The position numbers were made by a program, and so were the translations under genes. 64,000 nt of DNA from an uncultured Gammaproteobacteria bacterium (GTDB taxonomy: Bacteria > Patescibacteriota > Patescibacteriia > Magasanikbacterales > GWA2-37-8). Shown here one piece after another: positions 39,660-49,628 of the stretch (position 1 is its first letter; each line of letters starts with the position of its first letter). Location: NCBI GenBank assembly GCA_964596525.1, contig CAZQUL010000001.1:951723-1015722 (forward strand), in the 5' to 3' direction. Under the pieces are notes generated by a model. The model saw nothing but the letters and a program-made list of their open reading frames with translations, was not told where the DNA came from and searched no databases.

Positions 39660-41512
39660 AGGTTTTCCGGATTAATGCTTACTTTCCACGGTGGTGGAAT
39701 ATGGCTGGCCAAGGTTTTTACCTGCTCGTATATAGCGGGTAATGACGCCTTTATCTTGAGATTAAAGGCCTCGGTAAAACCATGTGCGCTACGCCGCGGC
39801 GGGCCGCTAAACCAAGAACATACGATACCTGAAAAGATGGTCTGTGTCAATGCCGTGAGTTCCTCCTTGAGCCCGGCGATTTCTAGCCTTCCGGTGGGGT
39901 GTTGCTGTACGGTTCGCCAGAGCTTAAAGATCGTTGTAAAGGGCGGATAGCCCAGTTCTTGGCGCACGCGTAGTTCGGTATCGTACCACACAAGCGGGTG
40001 CTTAAGGTGGCTGAGTGCCGGGTGTGTGCTGTGACGGGTTTGGATATACCAAAAGGCATCAGGAGGAAGTTTAAACATGATGTCGCGGGCGCGATGCCAA
40101 ACTGTTTCAGCGGAGCGGAATGTTGGTACGTTGATTTCGGCGTCAGGGTCAACCCAGATCATGCCGCCAAGCTTTTCCCAGGGCACGCTACTCCAGGCCT
40201 GTTCGGTACCGACGATAATAGTGTTTGTTGCAAGAAATGTTTTGGGTAGAGCCTCCGTGTCGCTGTCGATCTGAACGACGCTGCGTTCGGGGAACTGTTT
40301 ACGCAGGTGCGCAGCGAGCGCTTCGGTGCCAAAACCGAGCTGCTTTAAATCCACGCCGCGGCAGGTGGGGCAGGCGGTGAGCCGCTGTCCGTGTCCGCAA
40401 GCGCGGCACATGAGTTGATTTTTTTCGCGGAAAAAAGTGAGGGTAGCAGCGCATTCCGGACAATAAAAAATCGTGCCGCAGTCTTTACAGACGATAGCGC
40501 GTGCTGTGCCGCGCTGGTTAAGGAAAACGAACAGCGGTTTTTGCGTCTGCGCCGTAATCGCTTCTTCGGCAAGAAGCGTTAAAGGACTTGAGGTAATGAA
40601 CGCCCGTTCGGCTGCCAGATCGATAAACGTCGGCTCGCAGGCCGTACCGAACGTGAGAGGCGGCCGATTTTGAGGGTTTAAGGATATAAAGCTCCTGGGT
40701 GAGGGGGTGTGTCCGGTAACCGTAAGCGTTATCTGGTGATGGTCGGCCGCAAGAGTGGCAAGATCGTGCGCGTCGGCGTAGGGAGCGCTCAGACCTACGG
40801 TATGATGTGGGTTGCTGTCATCAACGAGCGTAATGCCCGCAAGGTCGCGCCAGGGCAAAAATAAAGCGCGTGACGTACCGATAACAATGCATGGCAGGCC
40901 TTGTACGAGCGTTATCCAGAGCTCGCGTTGTTCTTTGGCCTTGAGGGTGCCGGTGACGAGAAACGCTGGGCGTGAGGTGTCCTTAAGAAGCGCGTATTTT
41001 TTTGCGGCCTGTTCGCGATCCGGAGAAAGAATAAGAAGCTGCCCGTGTACCTCGTTGGTGTGGGTTATGAAAAATTCCTGCTCGTTGGCAGGAGAAGAAA
41101 AGTAGCGATGCGAAAGAGAATACCGCGATCCGGATGGTGAAACAGAAGGTTTCTCGAGCGTTTTGAGGAGGGTTTGGTTTTTTTTGATATCCGGCAGGAG
41201 GCACTGTTGGATGAGAAAACCGATTGAAACGCGGTATAGTTCGCTTACGTCGCGTAAGAATGCGTACTGCGCTGCGCTTAAAATCGGAAACAGACTCGCG
41301 GGTGCAGTAATTTCTTTTATGGCACGATTTTTCGCGGTAGTAGCAGGTGCCTGCGTTATCTCTATAACAAGACCGAGCACCTGCGCGCCGCGGAATGGAA
41401 CTGAAACTAACGAAAAAAGCTCGAGTGTTCTTTCGAGATCTGGTGGAATTTGGTAATCAAAAGATGAAAGCCCGAGTGGTAAGCGGCGGGCGGGAATGAC
41501 CGCAGCGTACAT
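39656..41512 (-). CDS. priA: Primosomal protein N' (PriA) with degenerate helicase motifs
   Basis: N-terminal FDY..P..VPF domain, four CxxC pairs, GTE, GYPPF. No GxGKT. Confidence 0.85.
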   Translation of the reverse strand: MYAAVIPARRLPLGLSSFDYQIPPDLERTLELFSLVSVPFRGAQVLGLVIEITQAPATTAKNRAIKEITAPASLFPILSAAQYAFLRDVSELYRVSIGFLIQQCLLPDIKKNQTLLKTLEKPSVSPSGSRYSLSHRYFSSPANEQEFFITHTNEVHGQLLILSPDREQAAKKYALLKDTSRPAFLVTGTLKAKEQRELWITLVQGLPCIVIGTSRALFLPWRDLAGITLVDDSNPHHTVGLSAPYADAHDLATLAADHHQITLTVTGHTPSPRSFISLNPQNRPPLTFGTACEPTFIDLAAERAFITSSPLTLLAEEAITAQTQKPLFVFLNQRGTARAIVCKDCGTIFYCPECAATLTFFREKNQLMCRACGHGQRLTACPTCRGVDLKQLGFGTEALAAHLRKQFPERSVVQIDSDTEALPKTFLATNTIIVGTEQAWSSVPWEKLGGMIWVDPDAEINVPTFRSAETVWHRARDIMFKLPPDAFWYIQTRHSTHPALSHLKHPLVWYDTELRVRQELGYPPFTTIFKLWRTVQQHPTGRLEIAGLKEELTALTQTIFSGIVCSWFSGPPRRSAHGFTEAFNLKIKASLPAIYEQVKTLASHIPPPWKVSINPENL

Positions 41513-41518
41513 AGAAGA

Positions 41519-42310
41519 TTAGAGGATGAGCGTTGCCGTAAGGTATCCAACACCGAGCGGTGCTTCGTAGGCGTAGGAGGTATAGGTATAGTTGATGCCT
41601 TTAAGGATGCCCATGAGAATAAGGAATGTGCGGAAGCCGCATTCATGGGCGTTACTCAGGAACTCGGGGGTCATCTGGAGCATGCCCATGGTATTTTTGG
41701 TGCTCAGGTATTCTTGAATGGCTTTGTCGAATGCTGGGCCGTCGGCGTGGTAGGGGGCAGGGGAGTGCACGGTGAGGGCGTGCGATAAATCACCTGAGGC
41801 GATAACCGCCACGCGCTTGGGGCTTTTCATGATTTGTTCCTTGAGAAATACACCGAAATCGACATGAGTCTTCGCTTCAAGCGATGAGAAGCCGACTGGG
41901 AGAACAGCGATTTCGGGCAGGTGTTTGGCGAGATAGAAAAGGGGTACTGAAACTCCGTGGTCGAGCACTGGTTCGCTTACAAGAACCACGGGCAAGCCGC
42001 TGCGATCATTTTCTTCGCGGCTCATCGTGGCGATGCTGAGCTCCCCTTTGTATGAATTATGCGTCGTAATGTCGCCGAATTCCTTAAAGTCCGTAGTGAA
42101 CTGCGATGCGATGTTGATGGTAAAGGCATCGTCAAGAATGGCACCGTGTGGCGAAATCACCATGAGCACATCAGGCTTGCTCAAATACAGATCCTCTTCC
42201 AGTTTTTCGAGTGCGGCTGAGGTGGCCGCGAGCTTGGTAAGCGAATCTTTGCCGATCGTCGGCATGAGGAGCGGGGTGTGCGGTGTGATGCCCGCGAAGA
42301 CCAAGGACAT
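41519..42310 (-). CDS. LigB/Memo (AmmeMemoRadiSam B)-family protein
   Basis: PH, ISPH, LDHG, ASGDLSH, ECG and YEAPLGVGY motifs. Confidence 0.85.
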   Translation of the reverse strand: MSLVFAGITPHTPLLMPTIGKDSLTKLAATSAALEKLEEDLYLSKPDVLMVISPHGAILDDAFTINIASQFTTDFKEFGDITTHNSYKGELSIATMSREENDRSGLPVVLVSEPVLDHGVSVPLFYLAKHLPEIAVLPVGFSSLEAKTHVDFGVFLKEQIMKSPKRVAVIASGDLSHALTVHSPAPYHADGPAFDKAIQEYLSTKNTMGMLQMTPEFLSNAHECGFRTFLILMGILKGINYTYTSYAYEAPLGVGYLTATLIL

Positions 42311-42330
42311 AAGGAGAAAAAGAGAAAAAA

Positions 42331-44556
42331 CTAGTTTTGAGCAAGCGTCGCATTGACCGAGGCGCCACCTTTGGCTATCCACTCAGCGATGCGGCGCGGT
42401 TCATCAAAGCGTTTGGTGCTGGTGTTGCCAAGAGTGATAATTACGTACTGCTGTTTGGTCTTGGGCGCTTCGATGAGGAGGATCAGGTTGGCTTGAGCCT
42501 CGGTCGTAAAGCCGGTTTTCCCGGCGATAACGGTGAAGGCGCTACTTTTCGCGGTAAGAAGCTGGTTGGTGGTCTGAAGTTTTTGCTTGACGGCTTTATT
42601 TTGGTACGTTGTTGTGAATTCGTAGGTGCTCTTGCCGAGAATCTTCTTGAGTGATGGCTCGGCAGTTACTTTGGTGAAGATTTTAAGGAGGTCGCGGGCT
42701 GTTGAAACATTACCGGCAGAAAGCCCGCTCAAGTCTTTAACGTTGGTATTGTCCGCACCCCATTCGTTAAGACGGGTTTGGATGGCGCTGAGAAATTCAT
42801 CTTTGGTTTGGCCAGAAGATAAGGCGAGCATTTCGGACATCGTGTTGTTTGAGGCGACGAGCGCGCCGTTTAGAGCGTCGAGGCGGGTGAAAGTTTCTTT
42901 GCTTCTCAGGTTGGGTGTTGTGCTTTTGGTGAAATTTTTAGGATCAAAGCTCACCAAGGTTTTGTTGCGGAAATTGTCGTCGAAAGCCTGGTAGGCGATG
43001 AGCAGTTTGGTGAGCGAAGCCATGGGGCGGGTCGTGTCGATATTTTTACCGGCGATGATACGACCGCTTGGATACTCGGCAACGAGGTAGGCGGGAAGAT
43101 TCGTTTTGAAGAGATCGGAGACCGGGGCTGAGCTATCGCCAAGGAATTTATTTTTGGCGCTCAGCAGACTCGCGTTGACAAAGAGGCTGTCGCCTTCGGG
43201 AAGCGAGAAGAGTGTGTTTTCGGCAACAGTTACGACATTGCTGTTTTGGTAGCCTAATGCAGCGAACGTTTCGCGGTCGGCAATGCGCCGTTTCTTGCCG
43301 TTTTCGATAATGTAGGTAACATTGCTGCCTTCGGCGCGCACAAGGGTGCCGTCTTTAAACGTGACAGGCTTTTCGCCGGCAATGGTAAAAGAAGCCAGTT
43401 CTGTACGAACGTGTTTTTCTATGGGCAAGGTGGCGTAGTTTACATCCACGATGCGCTTGTCAGTGATAGGGTAGAGTACGCCGTCACGCAAAATGAAGTA
43501 GGCATTGTTCAAATCCGTAATTTGGTAGATGACGCCTTGGGGTGGGGTGGAGCTCGCGGTGATAACCGAGCCCGGAGTGTAGGCGATAAGGTCGGCGTCT
43601 GTTACATCGAGGATTTCGGCGGGGTTAAAGCCCAGTTTACCCACGGTTTCGGGGGTATCGAAGGGGCGGAGCGTGTCGTGGTCAAGCAGGTAAACCCGTG
43701 ATGGTGTGCGCAGAACAGAATAGTTGGCAAAAGCGATTTCCGGACCGAGCTGGTAGTTGGAAAGTTCGGCTTCCGATACGGTGACGACGTTTCTGGGGTC
43801 GGCGCGTGAGATAAGGGCGGCTTGGTTAGCAAAGCGGCGTTTGGTGCCGTTCGTAATAAGCCAGACATCCGTTGAGCTGGCGGATCTAAGGAGTGAACCG
43901 CTGGGATAAAGCTGGGTGAACCAGTTGTTCCAGATGCGCCAGAAATTTTGGTTGCCGTTGATGTGCGGGGTATAGGTGTACAAATAGGCTGTAGCCCAAC
44001 TTTGGGGAATGACCTGTTGGCCGCTGATGATGGTAGGAACGTTCTTTTTCTTAATGTAATCTTTGCTGTCTTTGTTGTCGGCGTACCAGCGCATGATGCC
44101 GGCGGCATTAGCGATTTGTGCGCCAAAACCACGGAATTTCTGGATCTTCGGGTCATTCATAGAACAGCTGTCGCAGACGCCGTACCCGGTGGCCCAATCC
44201 AGCTGTTTTTGGGTAGGAGTATCGTCCATAACGAGACTTTGCTCTTTTTGGAGTTTTACGAGCAGGTACTTGGGGTTGATGCGGTAGTTTTGCGCGGCTT
44301 CGTAAATGATATCTGAGGCGTATTTTACCGTGCCGTATTCATCAGGGGCTTGGTAAGAGCGCAAAAAACTGCCCTTACTGTCGAGGAATGTTTGGATGTC
44401 GGCGCGCGTCATGCTATTCACGTCTTCGAGCTCGGCGTCGGACAAGATGAAGTTGGGATCAAAACCGACTTGCGCCAGGGCGCCGCTGAGTGGAGTGGTT
44501 AAAAACGTGAGTGCCAAAACGGCGGATATTAAACGAAAGGAGAAGGAATGCGACAT
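42331..44556 (-). CDS. Secreted multidomain protein with C-terminal peptidase S11 (D-Ala-D-Ala carboxypeptidase)
   Basis: Signal peptide, N-terminal INP..LLVKLQKEQ...LYTYTPH domain, repeat region, ASLTK / SNN / KTG motifs. Confidence 0.8.
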   Translation of the reverse strand: MSHSFSFRLISAVLALTFLTTPLSGALAQVGFDPNFILSDAELEDVNSMTRADIQTFLDSKGSFLRSYQAPDEYGTVKYASDIIYEAAQNYRINPKYLLVKLQKEQSLVMDDTPTQKQLDWATGYGVCDSCSMNDPKIQKFRGFGAQIANAAGIMRWYADNKDSKDYIKKKNVPTIISGQQVIPQSWATAYLYTYTPHINGNQNFWRIWNNWFTQLYPSGSLLRSASSTDVWLITNGTKRRFANQAALISRADPRNVVTVSEAELSNYQLGPEIAFANYSVLRTPSRVYLLDHDTLRPFDTPETVGKLGFNPAEILDVTDADLIAYTPGSVITASSTPPQGVIYQITDLNNAYFILRDGVLYPITDKRIVDVNYATLPIEKHVRTELASFTIAGEKPVTFKDGTLVRAEGSNVTYIIENGKKRRIADRETFAALGYQNSNVVTVAENTLFSLPEGDSLFVNASLLSAKNKFLGDSSAPVSDLFKTNLPAYLVAEYPSGRIIAGKNIDTTRPMASLTKLLIAYQAFDDNFRNKTLVSFDPKNFTKSTTPNLRSKETFTRLDALNGALVASNNTMSEMLALSSGQTKDEFLSAIQTRLNEWGADNTNVKDLSGLSAGNVSTARDLLKIFTKVTAEPSLKKILGKSTYEFTTTYQNKAVKQKLQTTNQLLTAKSSAFTVIAGKTGFTTEAQANLILLIEAPKTKQQYVIITLGNTSTKRFDEPRRIAEWIAKGGASVNATLAQN

Positions 44557-44659
44557 ATAAAGAAAGAGTACGCATTTTTTATACCATAAAGCGGCTAATG
44601 ATAGAAGGATGTACGGGCACAAATGCAAAAGCCTGCAGGGTGAGTGCAGGCGTTAGATG

Positions 44660-46969
44660 CTACCAGTCGTCGTTTGTTGGCGGCGGTGCAGGGGGTTCTT
44701 CGATGCGTGGCAACACGGGGAGTGGTGGAACTACCGGCTCGCGTGATTGCAGAGCTCCGCTATCCGAAGGTGGCGATGGCGTCTCGGCATCTCTACCATC
44801 TGCCGGGGGCTCTTCTGACGCGTAGTGCCCGGGGCGGATTGTGCGGGTTTTTTCTCCCGCGCAGCCATTGGGCACGAACGCCTTGAGGTACCATTCCTTG
44901 AAGACCAGTTCGGGCGAGTCGTCATCTGTCGCGCAGCGCGGCTCCCATTGGCCATTGTCGTTTTCCTCCAATACCGTCGGAAGGCGGACGACTCCAGCAG
45001 GAACCGGAAAGCTGTCACCAGGTTCGTGCTCGGCGATGAGGTGCTTCATGATGGTGTTGAACACCGGAATGGTGCTTGCCCCTTGGAATGGTCGGCCGGT
45101 CTCGGGGTTAAGGCCGAGCGGGCGCGGTGTGTCATGTCCGATCCATACACCCACGCAGTAGTCCGTGGTACAGCCGATAAACCAGGCGTCCACTTCATCG
45201 TTCGACGTGCCGGTTTTGCCAGCAATGAGCGTTTTGAGCTCATGTGCCCGTCGCCCCGTGCCTGCTCGATCGGTAATGACTGAGGTGAGGAGGTCGGTGG
45301 TAAGAAAGCACACTGCCGGGTCAAGCGTCTGTTTGGGCGCTGAGGTGAGTGTGTGCCACGCCCCGTCGCGGTATTCGCGGCGGATGAAACGCGGCTCGCG
45401 GTACTCGCCGAGCGACGTTACGGTGGCCATGAAGTTCGTCATCTCGAGCAGCGTGACACTTGAGGAGCCGAGGATGAGCGGGAAATAAGGGTCCAGCTTG
45501 CTTCGAATGCCGCCCGCTTCGGCGACACGCAGCATTTCGGGAATGATGAAGCGGGGGTTTTTCTTGGCCAAGCCGAGTTCATAGCTTGCCGTAACGGCCA
45601 CTGAATTGAGTGAACGGGCGAGCGCGCGCCGGAGCGTGAAAGGCTCTAGCGTGAACTTATGGCTGTTTTTTGGAGTCCAGGGTTTGGCACCGCGCTCAAG
45701 CGGAGGGACCGTGACCGGCTTATCCTCAAAGACGTCGCTTGGCAAAAAACCATGCGCAAGTAGGGGATAGTAGGCCAGCACTTTGAAGAGCGATCCGGCT
45801 TGTCGGGGTTTGTCCAGGCCGCGGATGAAATTACTGCGTTGGAATGGCTTGGCACTGCCGACGAGCGCCTCAACTTCGCGCGTTGCCTTGTTGATAACGA
45901 TCGCCGCGCCTTCGGGGACAGGCCAGGACGGATTTTTTCGGTGGAGTTCCTTAAGGTACGAGGTAAGGGCCTGTTGCGCAAGTTGCTGCAACGGAATCCG
46001 GCACGTCGTTTCGGTTGGAACTGCCGTAAATGGCAAATCCGGTCCGTGTATGGCTTTGAGCTTGCGTTCGACGAGGGTGACAAATTCATCACACACGCCG
46101 CTGTGCGGAACCGACAGGTTCAGTTTTACGGGCAGTTTGCTCAAACTCACAAGCTCTTCATGGGTGATGACGCCGTTTTCGGCCAAGTTCTTGAGGACGT
46201 AGTTGCGGCGCAGGCGCCATTTCTCAAGGGCGCGTTGCCGATCTTCGTCGCTCCCGCGGAGTTTGAGGTAATTTTCCGGGCCTTTGGGTAGGGCGGCGAG
46301 CGCAGCAGCGATGAGTACGTGTTCGCGGTTCTTGGCGGTGAGCGTCGTGATGTCGGTGCTAAAAAACCGTTTTGACGCTTCGGCCCAGCCATACGTTCCG
46401 TCACCCATATAGATCTGGTTGAGGTAGCGGGTGAGGATATCGAGCTTGGCCGCGCGGACGTTTCCTTTGTGCTCGGCGCGCTTTCGAGCTTCGTAGCGCA
46501 GGCTTGCTGCCGCCTCCACGACTTTGCGTCGTAAGGTGCGCTCCTTGGAAATGTAGGGCTTGATGAGCTGCTGCGTGATGGTTGAACCGCCTCGCAGCCG
46601 CCGAGTGCGCGCCACATCAATCGCTACCGCGCCGAACGCCCAGATATCGATACCAGGGTGGCTGAAAAACCGGCGGTCTTCGGCGCTCCTTACCGCGTCG
46701 ATAATAAGCTGTGGTAGTTGGTCGGGTGTAAGCAGCGAGCGTCGTTCGAGATAAATATCGCCGATCGGTCGCAGCGCATCGTGAGCGTCACGGGCATAGG
46801 TCGGGCTCGTAACCGGTAACTTGACGCGATCTACGTCATCGAGATTGAGCGGGGTGGTTTTGATCCATATCGCACATTGGATGACGAGGTACATCGCGCC
46901 TACTAGGAGGCTGGCACCCATGACCAAGATGGCAATCTTAAGACGGTGGTATATCTGCGCTTTCTTCAT
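44660..46969 (-). CDS. Class A penicillin-binding protein (PBP1A family)
   Basis: AEDRRF, GGSTITQQL, YLNQIY (transglycosylase); GSLFK, SLN, KTGT (transpeptidase). Confidence 0.92.
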   Translation of the reverse strand: MKKAQIYHRLKIAILVMGASLLVGAMYLVIQCAIWIKTTPLNLDDVDRVKLPVTSPTYARDAHDALRPIGDIYLERRSLLTPDQLPQLIIDAVRSAEDRRFFSHPGIDIWAFGAVAIDVARTRRLRGGSTITQQLIKPYISKERTLRRKVVEAAASLRYEARKRAEHKGNVRAAKLDILTRYLNQIYMGDGTYGWAEASKRFFSTDITTLTAKNREHVLIAAALAALPKGPENYLKLRGSDEDRQRALEKWRLRRNYVLKNLAENGVITHEELVSLSKLPVKLNLSVPHSGVCDEFVTLVERKLKAIHGPDLPFTAVPTETTCRIPLQQLAQQALTSYLKELHRKNPSWPVPEGAAIVINKATREVEALVGSAKPFQRSNFIRGLDKPRQAGSLFKVLAYYPLLAHGFLPSDVFEDKPVTVPPLERGAKPWTPKNSHKFTLEPFTLRRALARSLNSVAVTASYELGLAKKNPRFIIPEMLRVAEAGGIRSKLDPYFPLILGSSSVTLLEMTNFMATVTSLGEYREPRFIRREYRDGAWHTLTSAPKQTLDPAVCFLTTDLLTSVITDRAGTGRRAHELKTLIAGKTGTSNDEVDAWFIGCTTDYCVGVWIGHDTPRPLGLNPETGRPFQGASTIPVFNTIMKHLIAEHEPGDSFPVPAGVVRLPTVLEENDNGQWEPRCATDDDSPELVFKEWYLKAFVPNGCAGEKTRTIRPGHYASEEPPADGRDAETPSPPSDSGALQSREPVVPPLPVLPRIEEPPAPPPTNDDW

Positions 46970-46972
46970 GGT

Positions 46973-47042
46973 TCACCTTTGGATGAAAGTAATGAGTTGT
47001 CAAAGAACGCTTAATTCTAGCAAAAATGGACGGCTCAGTCAA
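46973..47042 (-). promoter_or_regulatory. sigma70 promoter, boxA-like motif and SD of the PBP gene
   Basis: Minus strand: TTGACT-N17-TAGAAT, GCGTTCTTTGACAAC, AAAGGTGA. Confidence 0.65.
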
Positions 47043-47080
47043 GAAAGAGTATACTGAAATAATTATTTTATACTTATTCT

Positions 47081-47821
47081 ATGACCGTAGAATCTCCGCG
47101 TTCGCTTGTAGGTTTCGGGCTCGTCTTGGCCCTTGGTCTTATTGTTACCGGATCCATCGTGACGCGCGGTTTTTATAAAACCAAGCTTCTCGATAATACG
47201 GTCGTTGTCACTGGTTCGGCGCAAGAAGAAATCGAGTCGGATATTGCGCGCTGGACCGCGGTTTTTAACCGTTCGGTCGGGACTGAAGGGCTTAAAGACG
47301 GATCGGTTCTCATTAAACGGGATTTAGACAAAGTGCTTGAGTATCTGAATAAAAATGGCATCAAGAAAGATGCGGTTGTCATTAACCCGGTATCGGTCTC
47401 GGCTAATTATGAATCCGGCGCTTACGGCTCTACCGGCCGTGCGATCGGTTACACACTTTCGCAGCAGATCGTGGTGGAAACATCTGATGTGCATAAACTT
47501 ACCACCCTTGCCCAAGACTCCACGGCGCTTCTTTCCGAAGGGATTGTTTTTACCAGTTTTCCGCTCGAGTATTATTACAGCAAGCTTGATGACCTCAAAA
47601 TCCGCATGCTTGGCGAGGCTACCGAAAATGCCCGGGAACGCGCCGAGTCTATCGCGCGGCAAGCTGATGCGGATTTGGGCGATTTGAAGGCAGCTAGCAT
47701 GGGCGTTTTCCAAATTACCTCCATCAATTCCAACGAAATTTCCGACTACGGTATGTTTGATACTTCGGCGATAAAAAAACGAATTACCGCCGTGGTGCGC
47801 ACTACCTTTATGGTTGAGTAG
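47081..47821 (+). CDS. SIMPL (DUF541) domain protein
   Basis: N-terminal TM, VTGSA, ATENARERA..IA, GVFQIT motifs. Confidence 0.85.
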   Translation: MTVESPRSLVGFGLVLALGLIVTGSIVTRGFYKTKLLDNTVVVTGSAQEEIESDIARWTAVFNRSVGTEGLKDGSVLIKRDLDKVLEYLNKNGIKKDAVVINPVSVSANYESGAYGSTGRAIGYTLSQQIVVETSDVHKLTTLAQDSTALLSEGIVFTSFPLEYYYSKLDDLKIRMLGEATENARERAESIARQADADLGDLKAASMGVFQITSINSNEISDYGMFDTSAIKKRITAVVRTTFMVE

Positions 47822-47831
47822 TATCCTTCCA

Positions 47832-47863
47832 AACAAAACCGCCGTGTCCGCGGCGGTTTTGTT
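47832..47863. terminator. Intrinsic terminator
   Basis: AACAAAACCGCCG-N6-CGGCGGTTTTGTT. Confidence 0.8.
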
Positions 47864-47954
47864 ATACATTCGGCATTAGTTGATGCACAGACGACAGCTT
47901 GCTCAAAAAAATCCGATATTCTATCTTATGGGTAGCCTTGAAAGGAGGTGTACC

Positions 47955-48641
47955 ATGTTTGGTCTCGACATGTCGTACCGTATCGACTACCGCGACCCGC
48001 GGCTGAGAACATTCCGCGGCGCGTTCCGGCTTTTCATGGGGCACCCCAGCCCTCGGCTTCTGCTCTTTTTCTCGCTCGTGGGTATACTTGGCTCTGTCTG
48101 CTTCTGGCCGCTTACCGCGCGCCACATAGCTCTTGCTGCGAGCATTGTGCTGGCCTGGCCTTTCCAGGAGTACGTGCTCCATCGATTCATACTCCACGCC
48201 CGCCCTTTTACGCTATGGAGAAAAACTGTCGATGTGGGTCTTTTCCACCGGGAGCATCATCGTGACCCTAAGGACCTCAACGGGTTCACGCCGCTTGTAC
48301 TTTTTTACTTTACGCCCCCGGTCGTTTTCCTCCTCTTTCGCCTCATCGGGGGAGATGCTGCTTCGGGGTTCGTAGGTCTGGCGGTTTGGTTCGCCAAGGC
48401 TTTCGACTACGAGCTGGCTCATTTTACGGCGCATGCACCCTATCGGCCGCTCACCGCTTTAGGTCGTCGCCGTAAAGCAGCGCACCTGCGCCACCATTTC
48501 GTCAACGAGCGCTTTTGGTGGGAGGTGAGCACCTGCGGTATCGCTGATTTTTTCCACTTTCTCGCCTGCGGCATCATCCCGTGGCGCAGTGCGAAAGAAG
48601 TTGAGCGTTCCCGCACCGTCTTCACTGTTCTCTCCGAATAA
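47955..48641 (+). CDS. Fatty acid hydroxylase / sterol desaturase family protein
   Basis: His boxes EYVLHRFILH, HREHH, YELAHFTAH and HLRHH; AAGGAGGTG SD. Confidence 0.85.
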   Translation: MFGLDMSYRIDYRDPRLRTFRGAFRLFMGHPSPRLLLFFSLVGILGSVCFWPLTARHIALAASIVLAWPFQEYVLHRFILHARPFTLWRKTVDVGLFHREHHRDPKDLNGFTPLVLFYFTPPVVFLLFRLIGGDAASGFVGLAVWFAKAFDYELAHFTAHAPYRPLTALGRRRKAAHLRHHFVNERFWWEVSTCGIADFFHFLACGIIPWRSAKEVERSRTVFTVLSE

Positions 48642-48757
48642 CAAGCAGTCTCCGGACTGCTTTTTAATAAATCTGATTTGGATGTTTTCCACTGGGAGTT
48701 TTTTATTGCCATGTGATATACTACACGCACTTGCATTTATTTTTCTTCGCACCTTGT

Positions 48758-49561
48758 ATGCCACAGCGCAAAACTCCGGTTTCGGATAGTCCCGCAACGC
48801 CACGCCGCCGCCCGACGCGCGCCGCACCGCTCGCTTCTGCTCCGCCCGCCAAAACGGCTCCTCCGAGTTCGGCCCCGCGCTCTTTTGCGGTTTCGAATCC
48901 CAAATCGTATCTCTTTGAATTCGTTTTCGCTGCTCTCCTTACCGTTATCCTTATCGGTGGTAACATCTTTCTCATTCTTTCTTCGCCGATATTCATGAAG
49001 GATTTTCGCCGCGTCACTCCCGCCTTTACCGAACGCCTTTGCACCGACTGGCTCGACAATAAAAAAGAAGAGCCGAGTGGTACGGTGTGCCCCGAAATTT
49101 ACCAGCCGGTTTGCGGCGAAACCTCGGTGCAGTGCTTCCGCGCTCCGTGCCCTAACATTAAGAATACCTACTCCAATCGGTGCTTAGCTCTCGCCAGCGG
49201 CGCTGTAAATATTAAAGACGGTGCTTGCGAAGACGCAATGCCGGCAGCTACGCTCGACATCACTTCGCCGCGCGTGGGTGCAACCATCACAACGCCCGTA
49301 ACCATCCAGGGCAGCGCACCCGGCCCGTGGTTCTTTGAAGCCAGTTTCCCCATCGATATCGTTGATTCCCAGAAACGCGTTATCGGCCAAGGGTATGCCC
49401 AGGCCGACGGCGAATGGATGACGACCGGCCAGGTGCCCTTTACTGCCAAAGTCACGTTTAAGAAAGGGACCGAAAAGAGCGGTTACATCATCTTTAAAAA
49501 AGATAACCCGTCGGGTTTGCCACAGCATAACGCTTCCTTCGAACTGCCAGTCAAGTTTTAG
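48758..49561 (+). CDS. Membrane protein with Kazal-like and Gmad2 Ig-like domains
   Basis: CPEIYQPVCG..TYSNRC..C; WFFEASFP...WMTT...DNPSGLP. Confidence 0.75.
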   Translation: MPQRKTPVSDSPATPRRRPTRAAPLASAPPAKTAPPSSAPRSFAVSNPKSYLFEFVFAALLTVILIGGNIFLILSSPIFMKDFRRVTPAFTERLCTDWLDNKKEEPSGTVCPEIYQPVCGETSVQCFRAPCPNIKNTYSNRCLALASGAVNIKDGACEDAMPAATLDITSPRVGATITTPVTIQGSAPGPWFFEASFPIDIVDSQKRVIGQGYAQADGEWMTTGQVPFTAKVTFKKGTEKSGYIIFKKDNPSGLPQHNASFELPVKF

Positions 49562-49628
49562 ATCATCACAACAATTACTCGCACATCCTTTGTGACCACA
49601 GAGGATGTGTTTGTTTAAAACCTCGTGT

